From assembly GCA_973851085.1 (NCBI GenBank), contig OZ316775.1, positions 7,378,001 through 7,442,000 of the forward strand: 64,000 nucleotides of DNA, given 5' to 3'. Under the pieces are notes generated by a model. That model saw nothing but the letters and a program-made list of their open reading frames with translations, did no database searches and had not been told where the DNA came from. Position numbers and translations under genes: made by a program. Within the stretch, counting starts at the first letter, position 1; every line of letters begins with the position of its first letter. Below are positions 29,671 to 41,162 of this stretch, in pieces. The stretch comes from Ptychomitrium polyphyllum (lineage: Eukaryota).

Positions 29671-30012
29671 ATGGTCAAATCGTTTCAGGAAAGGCATGGA
29701 GAAACTGATGGGGGTGCGCCTTCATACCAGTGGGAAGACCACCAGGACGACATATGTGAATATTACTGGGAAGTTTACAGGGACACTTGGCAATATGCTC
29801 CTATTATTAAGTGTTTATGTAATTGCCCTAGCCTAATGATTTATGACGATCACGAGGTTCATGACAATTGGGGGATGTTAAGGAAGACTGGGATGTTAGC
29901 AGTACTGACTTCTTTCTGGCTCGTTTGCGCCTGGATTGTAAGCATGGTGTATCGAAGGCAGCTCTATAAGGATGTTGACTTCTCTTCAGCAGAGAGTATC
30001 CACCTGTTGTGA
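29671..30012 (+). pseudogene. Fragment of a PhoD-like (alkaline phosphatase D) metallophosphatase
   Basis: ICEYYWEVYRDTW...CLCNCPSLMIYDDHEVHDNWG matches the PhoD P-x-x-M-I-W/Y-DDHE-x-x-D-N/D-WG metal-binding motif. The rest of the domain is not found nearby. Confidence 0.65.
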
Positions 30013-30162
30013 GAATGTGGGCGCAATTCTAAATCCACTTGATATGTCGAACTCCCGTAGTAGTGAGACGTATCTAGTTCGATTCTGGTGGAGCTGGAGC
30101 CCGATCCAGGGCACACCTAGTTAGAACGGTGGAGTTTGGAAGGAAGGCATTAGAAGACAGTA

Positions 30163-31375
30163 GATTTCACTGCCGCAGAAATAGGTAAGCACAAGAATGA
30201 GAGGGACGCTTGGATTGTGGTCGATGGATATGTTTACGACATTATTAAGCTTCTGGAGATACATCCTGTTGGCGCCGAGGTGAGTGCTGCACCTCTCTGT
30301 CTGCCTTGTCAAGTAGGTACGTTTTATTCGTACCTTCCAAGTTGATCTTTTGGTAATTATCGCGTTGCTAATTTTGTAGCTGATTGTGGCAACGATCCTT
30401 GAGAACTTCACCGAAAGGACAACATCGGCAAACTGATGAGAATAGAGCAATTTTGAAAGCTCATTCCCACAGCAAGCATGTGTTTCGCATGTTTCAGCAG
30501 TAATGCATTGGCCATAGTGAATGCCAAAGGCGAGTCATTCAACAATTTGTTTCTGATCATGCCTTGTAGCAAAAGACGAAAAGCAGTGTGTTCGTTAAAT
30601 CCGTTGCATCTTAATGATATGGTTTACCTTAATTGCCTGCCAAAATTCATGAAAAGCTATAAGGATGATTGGAGCCTCCTCGCCTTTTTGAGAGTGACAT
30701 AGCCGAGGTTGATAAACTACATGAAGTGGACAATTGTTCGTTTGGGAGAATACTGTTTCAAGTGTATCAAGAAACTGTTGTGAAATAACTAGTTCACCTC
30801 CTCTTTCTCTGTCTTGATGAATTGTGACAGTTATTCATTCAAACGACATGGTGGGTGATCCTGTGGTGTGGTTATCTATGGCCCTTTACTTCTCCATTCT
30901 GATCCAATATCAAGGCTTATCGCCGTGCACCATCCCCTTCACCATGGCTGGCGGAGCATACATTTGGACGTTAATTAAGAACTGTTTACATCGGTATATC
31001 TTCGACATGACAATTTTCAGCTATCGATCAATTTGCAGCCTTCATAATTTCGTAGACGTCCAATCAAGAGATCATGCTTTGGTAGTGTCTGTGTGCTTGT
31101 CTATGTGGGGCAATATGACTCTGTAGATTTTACCAATTATAATGTTTTTGAGGTACAGAACCTCAAATTTCGGCAATCCTACGTATTTACACTACTATGT
31201 AACCCTTACATGTGCAGATCTGGTTCCTTACAGACTCGATATTGGCTGTTGTGTTCAAAGATTTCATCTGAATCATCATTTCAGGGACTCGTCCAACTCG
31301 TACGGCTTCACCACCATCTTCTTAGATGGAGCTTTTGCAACAGAATATTGCCAAGTATTCAATCGAGCTGATTGA
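30163..31375 (+). pseudogene. Decayed sphingolipid fatty-acid 2-hydroxylase with fused N-terminal cytochrome b5 domain
   Basis: Exon 30163-30279 reads FTAAEIGKHKNERDAWIVVDGYVYDIIKLLEIHPVGAE (b5 domain, HPGG changed to HPVG) then GTGAGT. Later pieces: HSHSKHVFRMFQQ*CIG; TTWWVI/frameshift/VVWL...IWTLIKNCLHRYIFDM; FHLNHHFRDSSNSYGFTTIFLDGAFAT. Stops and frameshifts present; central His-box region not found. Confidence 0.8.
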
Positions 31376-33491
31376 GAATCTTCCATCCCACATCTTCTGT
31401 GTTAATTCGACTTGTACACTGATATATTTATTTATTAAATGTATAATTTTGTATTGGTGTTAAGGCTCTGTAGCAATCCTGTATATATCGATTCGAATAC
31501 ATAGAATTTGTACTTTTGGTAGCTCGCCAGTTGGGTCGTCGAGATGGTTAAACCTTTGCTTTATTTGTCCATTTGAATTGATATATGTATACATTGGAAC
31601 AGAGTAAGATGCTTGAAATCTTATAAGTCAGCAGGCCTGCCTCTTCACACCTGTTACATTTGTTAACGTCTGTACTGAGTTAGTTGAGAATTCTTTCTCA
31701 CACATGTTGAGCTGACACTGAAGTTCTGAACTTGCTGAAACTAACTACTGGAAATTTAACAGGATCTACAGAAATTAAACAGGTGTGCGCTGTGGAAGGC
31801 ATGATACTCTTATCTTGTCAGATTTTTTCTGCTGGATTCTCTCGTAACAGTGCCAAACAGGTGCGTGTCTGGGGATTGTTGCAGATGTTACAAATGTTAC
31901 ATTTGTTACGAAACATTTAATTACTGCTTACGGTGATTTACAAAAGGTTGTCCACGCTCTTATGCAACGCTTGTCACTTGGCAATTTACTTTTGAGCGGT
32001 GGACTTCAAGACGACTTTGTAAGCTCAGTTCTTGTCCCGATCTACAAGTCGAGCTTTTCGTGGTAAACGAGAACATGACTTGGTCAGAAGTGTCTTAGAC
32101 CGTTTGACTTCCATTTCTACATGTATCCGGATGTGCAAGTCAGGACAAGCCTCCAAGTAGCACCTAGAGTATAGCAGTATCAGGTAACCTCACAAATTTT
32201 GTGGCTCCCTTAAATTATAAACTACATGAAGTCCATATTAACATTTGACATGCACCTTTTGAAAAAGTTATCAGACACGACAACGGCTGCTACATAATGG
32301 AAGTAAGTATTATTGCCTCAAGACTTGTCAGCAAGTGGACTTGTATGGTAGGAGCACCTGGAACAGTTAAGGATCTGTTTGTCCCTGCATACATAACCAC
32401 ACCCATAGTGCATGATAAAACACCTTAATAAATACACTTGGGTACTTGAAAGAAGCAATTTAATATGTATAGTGATTGTCAAATCTGGATGGATTAAACT
32501 TGTATATGAGCCCAGGGAAGTGCAAGTTCAAAAACTCATTGGAAATCACACAAAATACAAAATTGTGCTTTCTTTTATTTGTTTCTGTTTACTGCATTAT
32601 TTACTGCATATTATCCCGATTAAAGTTCATTGTCTTATATGTACTAATTAGCTTAAACTAACTGGAGAAATATCGACTACTTTAACAATCCCTACCTTAT
32701 ATGAACGTTGAAACAATTCAGAACTCCCGTGAATGTTTTATTTCTAGATAACACTGGCAACTTGCTTGGTTAACTACACCAAAGTTGGTAACTGATTACC
32801 GTGGGAAATCCATATCATAATGTAAATGATTTTCAGTATACGGTAGTAATGGAAGATTCAGAAAGAGTGGAGATGGAAGACGAGGTTGTGTCTCGTCTTC
32901 CACTTAATGGAATTTTACTACGTCAGTATTATAATCACCATCACCATCACCATCTTCACTCCCATCCTCAGTCACCCTCATCCTGCCCGTGCACCCTCAT
33001 CGTCGTTATAGCCATGAGAGCCTGCACTGGGTTGCATGGTTTCTTCTGAGTTATAAAAAGCTGCACTGGGCCGTAGCAAACGCAGTTTAGCAGGATTAGG
33101 AGTGTGCCCACCCTTTTTTGCGAAACAAAGGGCGCACGCTCTTATTCTGATAGCAATTGTTTAGTGACTCCGATAAGCGCTAGTGTTAGTGGTGGATTCG
33201 GAATTGGTTGCCATCAAGGTAGCACAGAAAAGGAATCTTCCATCATTTTGCCATGTGTTAGTTGTCACTGAATGCCTACCTCTGAATTGAGGAGAGAAAC
33301 TGGATTATAAGTGTGAGGTAGTGACCATGGTCCTGTTGCGAATACTATAGCACCTCCGTTCTTGCCCAAGACCTATATCGAGTATTCCATTTTTCTTTCC
33401 ACGAGGTTTTCGAAGTATTCAAGCATTTGGAGGCATACCCTGGATTCATATTCTAGAGCTTGGAGCTTGGAGAACCGCAGAAACATCAGAA

Positions 33492-34992
33492 ATGGCTGAG
33501 GTACTTAACGCTGTGCCACAGCCTTCACTTTCTTAGTTTCCTCTGCTCAATTCTCTGCTTGAACTCATTCCTGTTGTGCTTGCAGACACCACCTCTGTGA
33601 TGTTTCGGTTTTAAGTCTAACGTCTGTCTTACACCTTGTGAAATCGGATCTTAACTAAAACCCTTTGTAAGACTAGTATTTATCCAGGTTCATCAAAAAC
33701 CCGTCAGCAGAATATTTTTGCAGGAGTTGAAACTTGGAAACAAGTCCTGAGTATCGAAGTTACAACACAACTTCTTGATTGACAAGTTTAAATGGAAGCC
33801 AACGTAGCATGGATATACTGAATGTGCATTAAGAAGATGTGAGGTAGATTTATGAGCTAATTGAGGCCTCAGCGATCGCCAGCCTCAATTTTCGCGCGTC
33901 TTTGATATGAGGTTTAACGTTGTGTTAACTTTCAGCAAGTAGGGTTTGTAAGAGTGCACACGTATATTAGCACTTTGAAGATAATGATAAGAGCATGTGC
34001 TGCTTAGGCGCCTGAAAAACCGCTCATAGGGCCATCATGGCTTGTCTTCCAATGCGCATTTGATCCACGTAACTTGAGTACTGGGTCAAAAGACATGTTC
34101 TATGTACTATACCTTTTCAATAGATCTTTTTGAAGCAGACAAGGACAACAAAACTGTGAAGAAATGTGATAAAAATGCTTAATTGTGCAGGTAGTGCCTG
34201 TGGTCGAATTAAATGTGGTGATGCACTGTGAAGGGTGTGCTGGAGCCGTGAGAAAAACTCTTAAGAAAATTCCAGGTGCTCGCATCTTTTCTCCCGAGCT
34301 CATCGATTTGTATTAGACTTATAGGTGACAATCATTCAAGCGTGTTTCCTTTCCATTTCTCAATTTTCTCTTAAAACGCAAATGAACGATAAATTTAATT
34401 GCGAAGTCACAATTCGAGTTTTACTTTTGAAATGATGCCTAGTACTTGATCATAGCCAACTTGTAAAGATCTCAATGTGATGTATGCAGGTGTCCAGTCC
34501 TATACAGTGGATTATACACAACAAAAGGCTATAGTGGTGGGGAGTGCGGATCCTGAAACGATCTTGAGCAGTATTCGGAAGTCTGGAAAGATGGCATCCT
34601 TGGCTGTCAAGGGCCCTCCCCTAGAAGACAGCACAGGCCTACAACAGGCACCACCCAAGGAAGAGAAAAAAGAATCTGAAATCAAGAAAGAAGAGGCTAG
34701 TTCCGAAGAGAAGAAAGAGGAAGAGAAGAAGGAAGAGAAGAAAGAGGCAAAACCTCGCTTTTCACTTCGCAGTAAGATGCCTAAGATGCCCAGTCGGCCA
34801 AAGATGCCAGACCTCCGCCAAAAGATGCCAAACCTAAAGTTCCAAGACCTGCAGAAGAAGATGCCAGACATTTGCAACAGCATGCCCAAGAACTTCATGA
34901 CCAACGCTTGTCGCGAGTTCATGACCCACGGTGTGTTCTATGTTGCAACAGATGATCTCTCCGACTCTGAAAAGGAATCCTTGAAAGCTTAA
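33492..34992 (+). CDS. Heavy-metal-associated (HMA/ATX1-like) domain protein with K/E-rich linker and KMP-repeat C-terminus, 3 exons
   Basis: Exons 33492-33500 (MAE), 34191-34275 (VVPVVELNVVMHCEGCAGAVRKTLKKIP) and 34490-34992 (GVQSYTVDYTQQKAIVVGSADPETILSSIRKSGK...). MxCxxC motif; GT-AG junctions in frame. Confidence 0.88.
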
Positions 34993-36684
34993 GGTGAACT
35001 CCGCACTGACTGAAAAGCGGCTAGAGATAGAGTGGTTGTAAGTGCTAGTTGGGGAAGAAAAGCCTGGCCTTATTTCATACTCCGGTTTTGATCAATCCTT
35101 GTTCGGATGTAACGTTGCAACGGCAACATGCCCTTGAAAATACCTAGAGGGCTTGGATATACACAAGAATTAAGAAACTATGAATCCAGATGCATCTGAA
35201 CAGGTCTCACGTATCGTGCAGCCGTTTTGGTTTTGATATGTAATATAGGCAAAGGCTCAACCTGTTCCAACTAGGTTTGTGCTGTCTTGAGAAACGTTGA
35301 ACCAGAAGTCACAAGGACTAGTGACAGAGTTGACACTTCTGAGGTCGCCATCTTTAGCTTGTTAGAACTGTGGGCTCCCTCTTCCTGGCAATTCCGGTGA
35401 TGAAAATAAGAATTTTCACGGTATTAAAGCTTTCCTGAGCACACGATTATGAAATCCATCAAGAAGCCTTTCTACAGAATCTATTCTTCCTTGTAAGTTC
35501 ACAAAGAATTGACTTAAAATGTAACCTTCAGTTGTTCTAACTAGACAACTCTAAAAGCCCGGGAAAAAATGCAGTAAAGTTTAAAAGCAAAGTTACACTC
35601 CCCTTCTAGACAACGAACTATCAAATCACCGCAAATAAAATCTGTCACTACTGAAACCTCTTCAAACTTCAAACATTTTTAGATAGCATGCATTTTAGGA
35701 ATAAGAACAGAATTACAAAGTCAAACTATGCACATGAGATGCTACGCAAACGATCCTATTTTTCCCACGTTACTCCAGCCGCAGCTCCCAACGCTTCCAC
35801 ATAATAAAAGCGATACAGAAACCATAATTTCTAGCAGCAGTTTTTTTCCACACAGATTTCCCCAAGCAAGAAAAAAAGTATGTTAAAGGACAAACAAGAC
35901 ACAAAGAGAACGATCTACAATTGGGACAAAATGACAACTGAGTACCTTTATCACAAGAGAAATTCCGAAAAGTATCGCAAACATTGCATCCTGTGATTCA
36001 GTGTAATCGTCGAGTTTTAATCATGTGAAATTCTGTCTTACAAGGAGTACTTACAGAAGACAGTCTCAATGCCAAAGATACACAAGTATGCAGCTCTATA
36101 CGCATCCCTTCACCTCTACAGCAGAAACTGACTACGTCGTAAACAACACCTCAACCTCTATCTAATCTAACCTGTACCATCATTGGATCAGCGTCACTGC
36201 ATCACTTAGGAAAGCGTTCAAAGGGGTTCGTTCACAAGTGAATAAGCTGGGGATGCAAAGTGAAGCCTCTTCACAGTGCTATCTTCAGCAACTGTATGCA
36301 AAAACAGCATCTAATGTGATGCATTTGATAGTAGAAAGGTCCACATACGGCACTTCCCCTTGTATCCATGGATCTATCTAAAATGATCAGCCATAGCAAA
36401 GGAAGCTAACTGTCTTGTTTGATGTATCTAAATGATAGAAAAGGGTCCAATGGTTTATTAACCCCAGAGCTTTGCTAGAGCAGTCCCAGGGCCTTGAAGG
36501 CGCTTCAAAAGCATGAAAGAGAGAAATTTAGGTCAAAATTGGAAGAGATGAATCATTGGAGTAATTTGTGAAGATCTGAATGGAGGAATCACATCGATCG
36601 GGATTCCTGCAGCAGCTGAACGGGAACTTACATTAGTCTCGACTAAGGGCACCGCACTGGAAACGTCGCCCAAAAAGCTCTCAT

Positions 36685-37689
36685 TCATTCATCATCCTCG
36701 ACACCGTCGTCGTCTCCGTCATCAACTTCGAATCCCGCAAAAACAACATACATCAACACAGCCACGAACTGCGCAATAACAAAATACTTAGCCCGCTTCT
36801 TGAATATGATATCCTTCTCGCTCCTTGGTTTCTTTGCCGGTTTTTCCCGCTCCTTGGGTGGCACTGGCTTTGAAGGAGGAGGCGGCGCCACCTTAGGGCG
36901 GAAGGCAGCGTCAATTGGAGCCCCGTCCTCTTCCAGCAGCTGCTTACTCCAAGACTCAGCATAGCTCACCAGATTCTGGTGCTTGTAAATCTCTCCTTTC
37001 AGAATCGAAACCTCGAAAGGCACCTTCATGTGGAACAGGAGGTGGCCAAGCACAAGCGCATCCAGACTCGTCGGCCTGTTATTGAAAAAAAACTGCTGGT
37101 CGCCAAGCAGCACAGAGAGCGCAGAATACGCATTACCAGCCTTCCTATACAACTCCTCCGACCTAACGGCAGAGTTTTCAGGAGTAACCCCGAGCCGCTG
37201 CATGACAGCAAGCCGCTGCTTCCAATCCAACGCCTGCACCAAAACCCAGGGCAACTGCGAGAAATACACCGCCTTACACTGCCGGTCATTGTCTCGCAGC
37301 CACAACTCGTATGCACTCGCATCCGCCACCCATGACTCCATCATCGCCTTGCAAGTCTCCAGCTCCGCCTTCTCGCTGTCGGACAACCCCGCGTCCAAAT
37401 CCACAATATTCTCCCTCCGCAGAAACTCCACCACTCCGCCATTCTCACTCGCGAATCCTACACTCTCCCCGTACTCCACCGACGGCAGATCCTCCGAGTC
37501 CGGTTCCACGGCGGTCACCTGCTCCTGGAACGACACCACGGCGAGGCGGAGGTACAGAAACGCGGGTAAACAGGTGGGGCACGCCGTTGGCAGCCCAAAC
37601 GCTGCCGGCCGTGTGACAAGCACCACGTCTCCGGAAGCGCTGCTGTTCGCCGTCGTCTCCGACGGCGACGCCATGTCCATCATGCTCAT
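36685..37689 (-). CDS. MTX1: Metaxin (mitochondrial outer-membrane import/SAM component, GST-like fold, C-terminal TM), single coding exon
   Basis: LVTRPAAFGLPTACPTCLPAFLYLRL, DAxxYELW, AYSALSVLLGDQQFFFNNRPTSLDALVLGH, FKKRAKYF followed by a hydrophobic anchor and an acidic tail. Confidence 0.93.
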   Translation of the reverse strand: MSMMDMASPSETTANSSASGDVVLVTRPAAFGLPTACPTCLPAFLYLRLAVVSFQEQVTAVEPDSEDLPSVEYGESVGFASENGGVVEFLRRENIVDLDAGLSDSEKAELETCKAMMESWVADASAYELWLRDNDRQCKAVYFSQLPWVLVQALDWKQRLAVMQRLGVTPENSAVRSEELYRKAGNAYSALSVLLGDQQFFFNNRPTSLDALVLGHLLFHMKVPFEVSILKGEIYKHQNLVSYAESWSKQLLEEDGAPIDAAFRPKVAPPPPSKPVPPKEREKPAKKPRSEKDIIFKKRAKYFVIAQFVAVLMYVVFAGFEVDDGDDDGVEDDE

Positions 37690-37753
37690 AATCGTGGAGC
37701 TGCTTTAGTTGGGGAATTCTTGGGTGCTCTCTACGTCGCGGAGTAAGAAGAAT

Positions 37754-37762
37754 TTAGGGTTT
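37754..37762 (-). promoter_or_regulatory. Telo-box (AAACCCTAA) just upstream of the metaxin start
   Basis: TTAGGGTTT on the + strand, 65 bp upstream of the ATG; common in plant housekeeping 5' regions. Confidence 0.45.
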
Positions 37763-38920
37763 CCAAAAGTCCGCCATAGCTATGAAAACTATGCAACAGC
37801 GTCAAGCTCACTGTCTCCGTCTCTCTCCGTCTCACGTTGCAATTTAAGGCTTGGATGGCCTTACACGCAAAATCGACATTCTCTATTGAAAGCTATCACT
37901 TTCGCGGACTAAAATTTACGAAACTCCAAGATGGTATTGATTTTGCATTCGTTCATGGTTTTTGGTATGAATGTCAAAAATTTGGAATGATGTATGTAAG
38001 TAAAAAATCGTCACAAATTGATAGGGATTGAAGAATAGTTTGTAGTACAAATGAATTTCTTAATTTTTTCCATCTTATCTATTTAATGATATATTTATTT
38101 ATAAAAAATCTAATTAATACTTATATAGAAACTAAATAATAATTTTATTTTGAATGGTGAATGTTGCTTGATAAATATTTCATATGTTAATAGAAAATTG
38201 TAGAATTAAATATGAACAATTAATATAAGAATTCTATAAGATAACTTCCTTTTAAGTTTTAATAAAAACTAGTGTATAAATTTCCTTATGTTTTTAGGAC
38301 TTTTTTATACAAGTTTCTCTGTACAATTTTTGGATATACTTAAAAAGGAATAAACTTGCCATATCATTAATATTTATATGGGCAACTCATGAAATGGATT
38401 AAATTATTGTATAATAACTTGTCTTTATGAGATTCTTCACCTTTTTAATATAAGATTCTTTAATAGAAAAATACTCCAATAATATATACAAGATATTTAA
38501 AGATATTATATTTGGAACTAAATGATACATGTATATGTACCTTTAATATTTGTGTGATATTATGTAATATTTAACTATGTTGTGTAACGTTTGATGAGAT
38601 TGAATTGATATTAAGTGATATTTAAAATGATATCGAGGCGCCAGTTTCCATAAGGTGAATAATCATAAAAATCAGGACGTCTTAGCCAATTCTCACTACG
38701 TCGAAAGCATTCTCGCTCGTCGTGTAAGTTGGCCACCAAACCAAGCCTTACGATATCTAGAAGATACTCATGCGATACTAATGCCATATCATGGCGATGC
38801 GCAAGCGGGCATCTCCAAAAGTGCACAAGTTCACTACAACGCGAGGCAATCTCGGAAAAGAAATCTCCCAGAAAAACAGAGCACAAGCAGATTTTGTTGA
38901 CCAATTCCGAGCTCGCAAAC

Positions 38921-40723
38921 ATGAAGACGACGCTTCGAATCGTCCTCTTGAAATGTGCAGTTCTTGTACTCCTCATATTTGTTAACCATTCTCAAGCAAT
39001 TCATCGCAATCCTTTTGCAAAGACCAAACTCGAAGCAGAGTCCACAGAGAGAGATGGAACGCATACGGATGAGCGGAAGGTGCAGCTTAGGGTGGAGCTT
39101 ATTCACCGGGATCATCCCTCGTCGCCGTTTTACACGAGCTCATCCAAGGCTGAGAGAGTTGCGAGGTCTGTCAGTAGAAGCAATGAATATGTGATCCGCC
39201 GTGGAGCTCGATCTCGTCATCAGAGGATGAGGAGAGTTCTTGATATGAGCGATGGAGAGTATGTGATGAGCTTGCAGCTTGGAACTCCGCCGCAGCGTTT
39301 CGCGGCCGTCATGAGCACGGTGGAGAGTGTTGTCTGGGTGCAGTGTTTGCCGTGTGGGCGCGTTGATGATCAGGGATGTTACGAGCAGCTTGGAGCGTTG
39401 TTCGATCCGGCATTGTCGACGACGTTCCAGAATATAAGCTGCACGAGCTCTGCTTGCCCAGTATGCACACAGCTATTTCCCGCGATCATTCATAATTGCG
39501 TTAACATTGCTTATGAAATGAATTTTTAAGGTCATTAAGTTTAGGCTTATGACTTACTTCGAACATTGCTCATATATTAGGTCACTTGGCTTGGCTTCGT
39601 TTCTTTATTTGGAACACACTTTACATTTTAACTTCAATTCACAAAATGAACAATTAAGAAAGGTGTAGAAATTTCTTCCAGCACAATCGAACTTATGACC
39701 GAATTTTACAATGCCATGTGCAGCTCGCGGAACTTACAACTAATTAGCTTCTATTTACAAACATTGAACAATAAGTTTTGTGCTATATGACTTGTGCAGA
39801 GTTTCGGAGATGAAGTTGAAGGACCTGATTGGAACACATGCGGGAAGAATAACCAATGTCGTTATGACTATGACTGGGCCGGGGACGAAGCTCCATACGG
39901 CGACGATGCGGCCAGTCTTGGTGACTTCGTGTTGGATTCGCTAACCTTGGAATCTAACATCGGTCTTCCCGGTTTTGCATTTGGGTGTAGCCACGACTTT
40001 TACGACCTGTCGGGCATGAATGGGAGCGGGAATGCGCATGCTGGTGGCTTTGCGGGCCTTGGACCAGGCTCTCTCTCGCTTCCATCGCAACTCGACCAAA
40101 CGGTGTATGACAGATTCTCCTACTGCTTGCTCGCCACCGAAGCTTCCTCCAACCAAACCACTTCTGTATTGTTTGGCGACGTGACGCCTCTTCCTGACGT
40201 AGTTTACACGCCAATCATCAACGTGGAGAATCGATACGACGTAGGTTTGAGAGGAGTTACAGTCAATCGTAGGATATTATCGATTCCACGAAGTGCCTTC
40301 TCAGGTGGTGTTGCCTTCGATGCGAGGATTGCGTTATCCGTTTTCAGTGATGAGGCTTACGAGATCATTCGTGATGCGGTTCGTGAGGAGATGACATTGC
40401 AGAGTTACCAAGAAGCATACCAAGACGGAATGGATTTGTGTTACAACTTGACAGGGGTCTCGAATCCCGTTCTCCCGTCAGCGGTACTACATTTCGCAGA
40501 TTCGGCAGATTACTCGTGCTCGGCGGAGAATCTGTTCATTTACATGGACGAGAGTGAGACCATTCTGTGCTTTGCTATGCTTTCGAGAGACACATATATC
40601 GACTCGGGGTTCTTGTCGTGTAACATCATAGGAAATGTGATGCAACAGAATCACCAACTTATCTTCGACAAGGGGCGAAGCAAGCTCGGTTTTGCGTCAA
40701 CAAATTGCGCCTCCATTGATTAA
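38921..40723 (+). CDS. Secreted A1 (nepenthesin/CDR1-like) aspartic protease homologue, probably catalytically inactive, 2 exons
   Basis: Exons 38921-39460 and 39800-40723. Signal peptide, RVELIHRDHPSSPF, GEYVMSLQLGTPPQ, WVQCLPC, FDPALSTTF, FAFGCSH, GFAGLGPGSLSLPSQL, FSYCL, DLCY, IIGNVMQQN, LGFASTNC. Catalytic DTG reads STV and DSG reads DAR. Confidence 0.9.
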
Positions 40724-41162
40724 GAATCAGGCTGGCCATATGTAAGAAAAATTAGGTCATCTGCGCATGGCGTCAACCATACCGAACGTTTTGCAAGTTT
40801 CGAAGTTCCGAAAGCAGCAATGACTGGAGCCCCCTTGCGCGGTGGCATGAATGGCTGTTACACATCATTTTCCACTTCCCTTCTACCATTAAAAACTCAT
40901 AATTTCTCTAGCAAAGGTTCACAAAGAGAGGCGGCTAGGGAAATCATAGCTAATCCATGAACAAACACAATGGCAGGCACAGGGCTCAAGCGTGAACATA
41001 TTGCAGTACAAAATCTGGCAACATGCAGCTTCATGAATCGCAACCACTGTATAAATAGTACCTTGTAAATCTCGCTTGCTAAATAGATTTCTGAGTCGCC
41101 TTGCTCTTTTACAATACATGTAGTTTGCATGACCTTGTGAGGCATGTGTATAGTTTTGTCAG

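Noticed and set aside
32801..33049. Poly-His ORF
   Set aside because: GTG start; the His run comes from a CAC/CAT microsatellite upstream of the HMA gene.
37028..37708. 226-aa + strand ORF and other ORFs overlapping metaxin
   Set aside because: Antisense or alternative-frame shadows of a GC-rich real CDS; no recognisable motifs.
38729..38920. N-terminal extension of the aspartic-protease ORF
   Set aside because: Begins at TTG; the ATG at 38921 directly precedes a signal peptide and is the better start.
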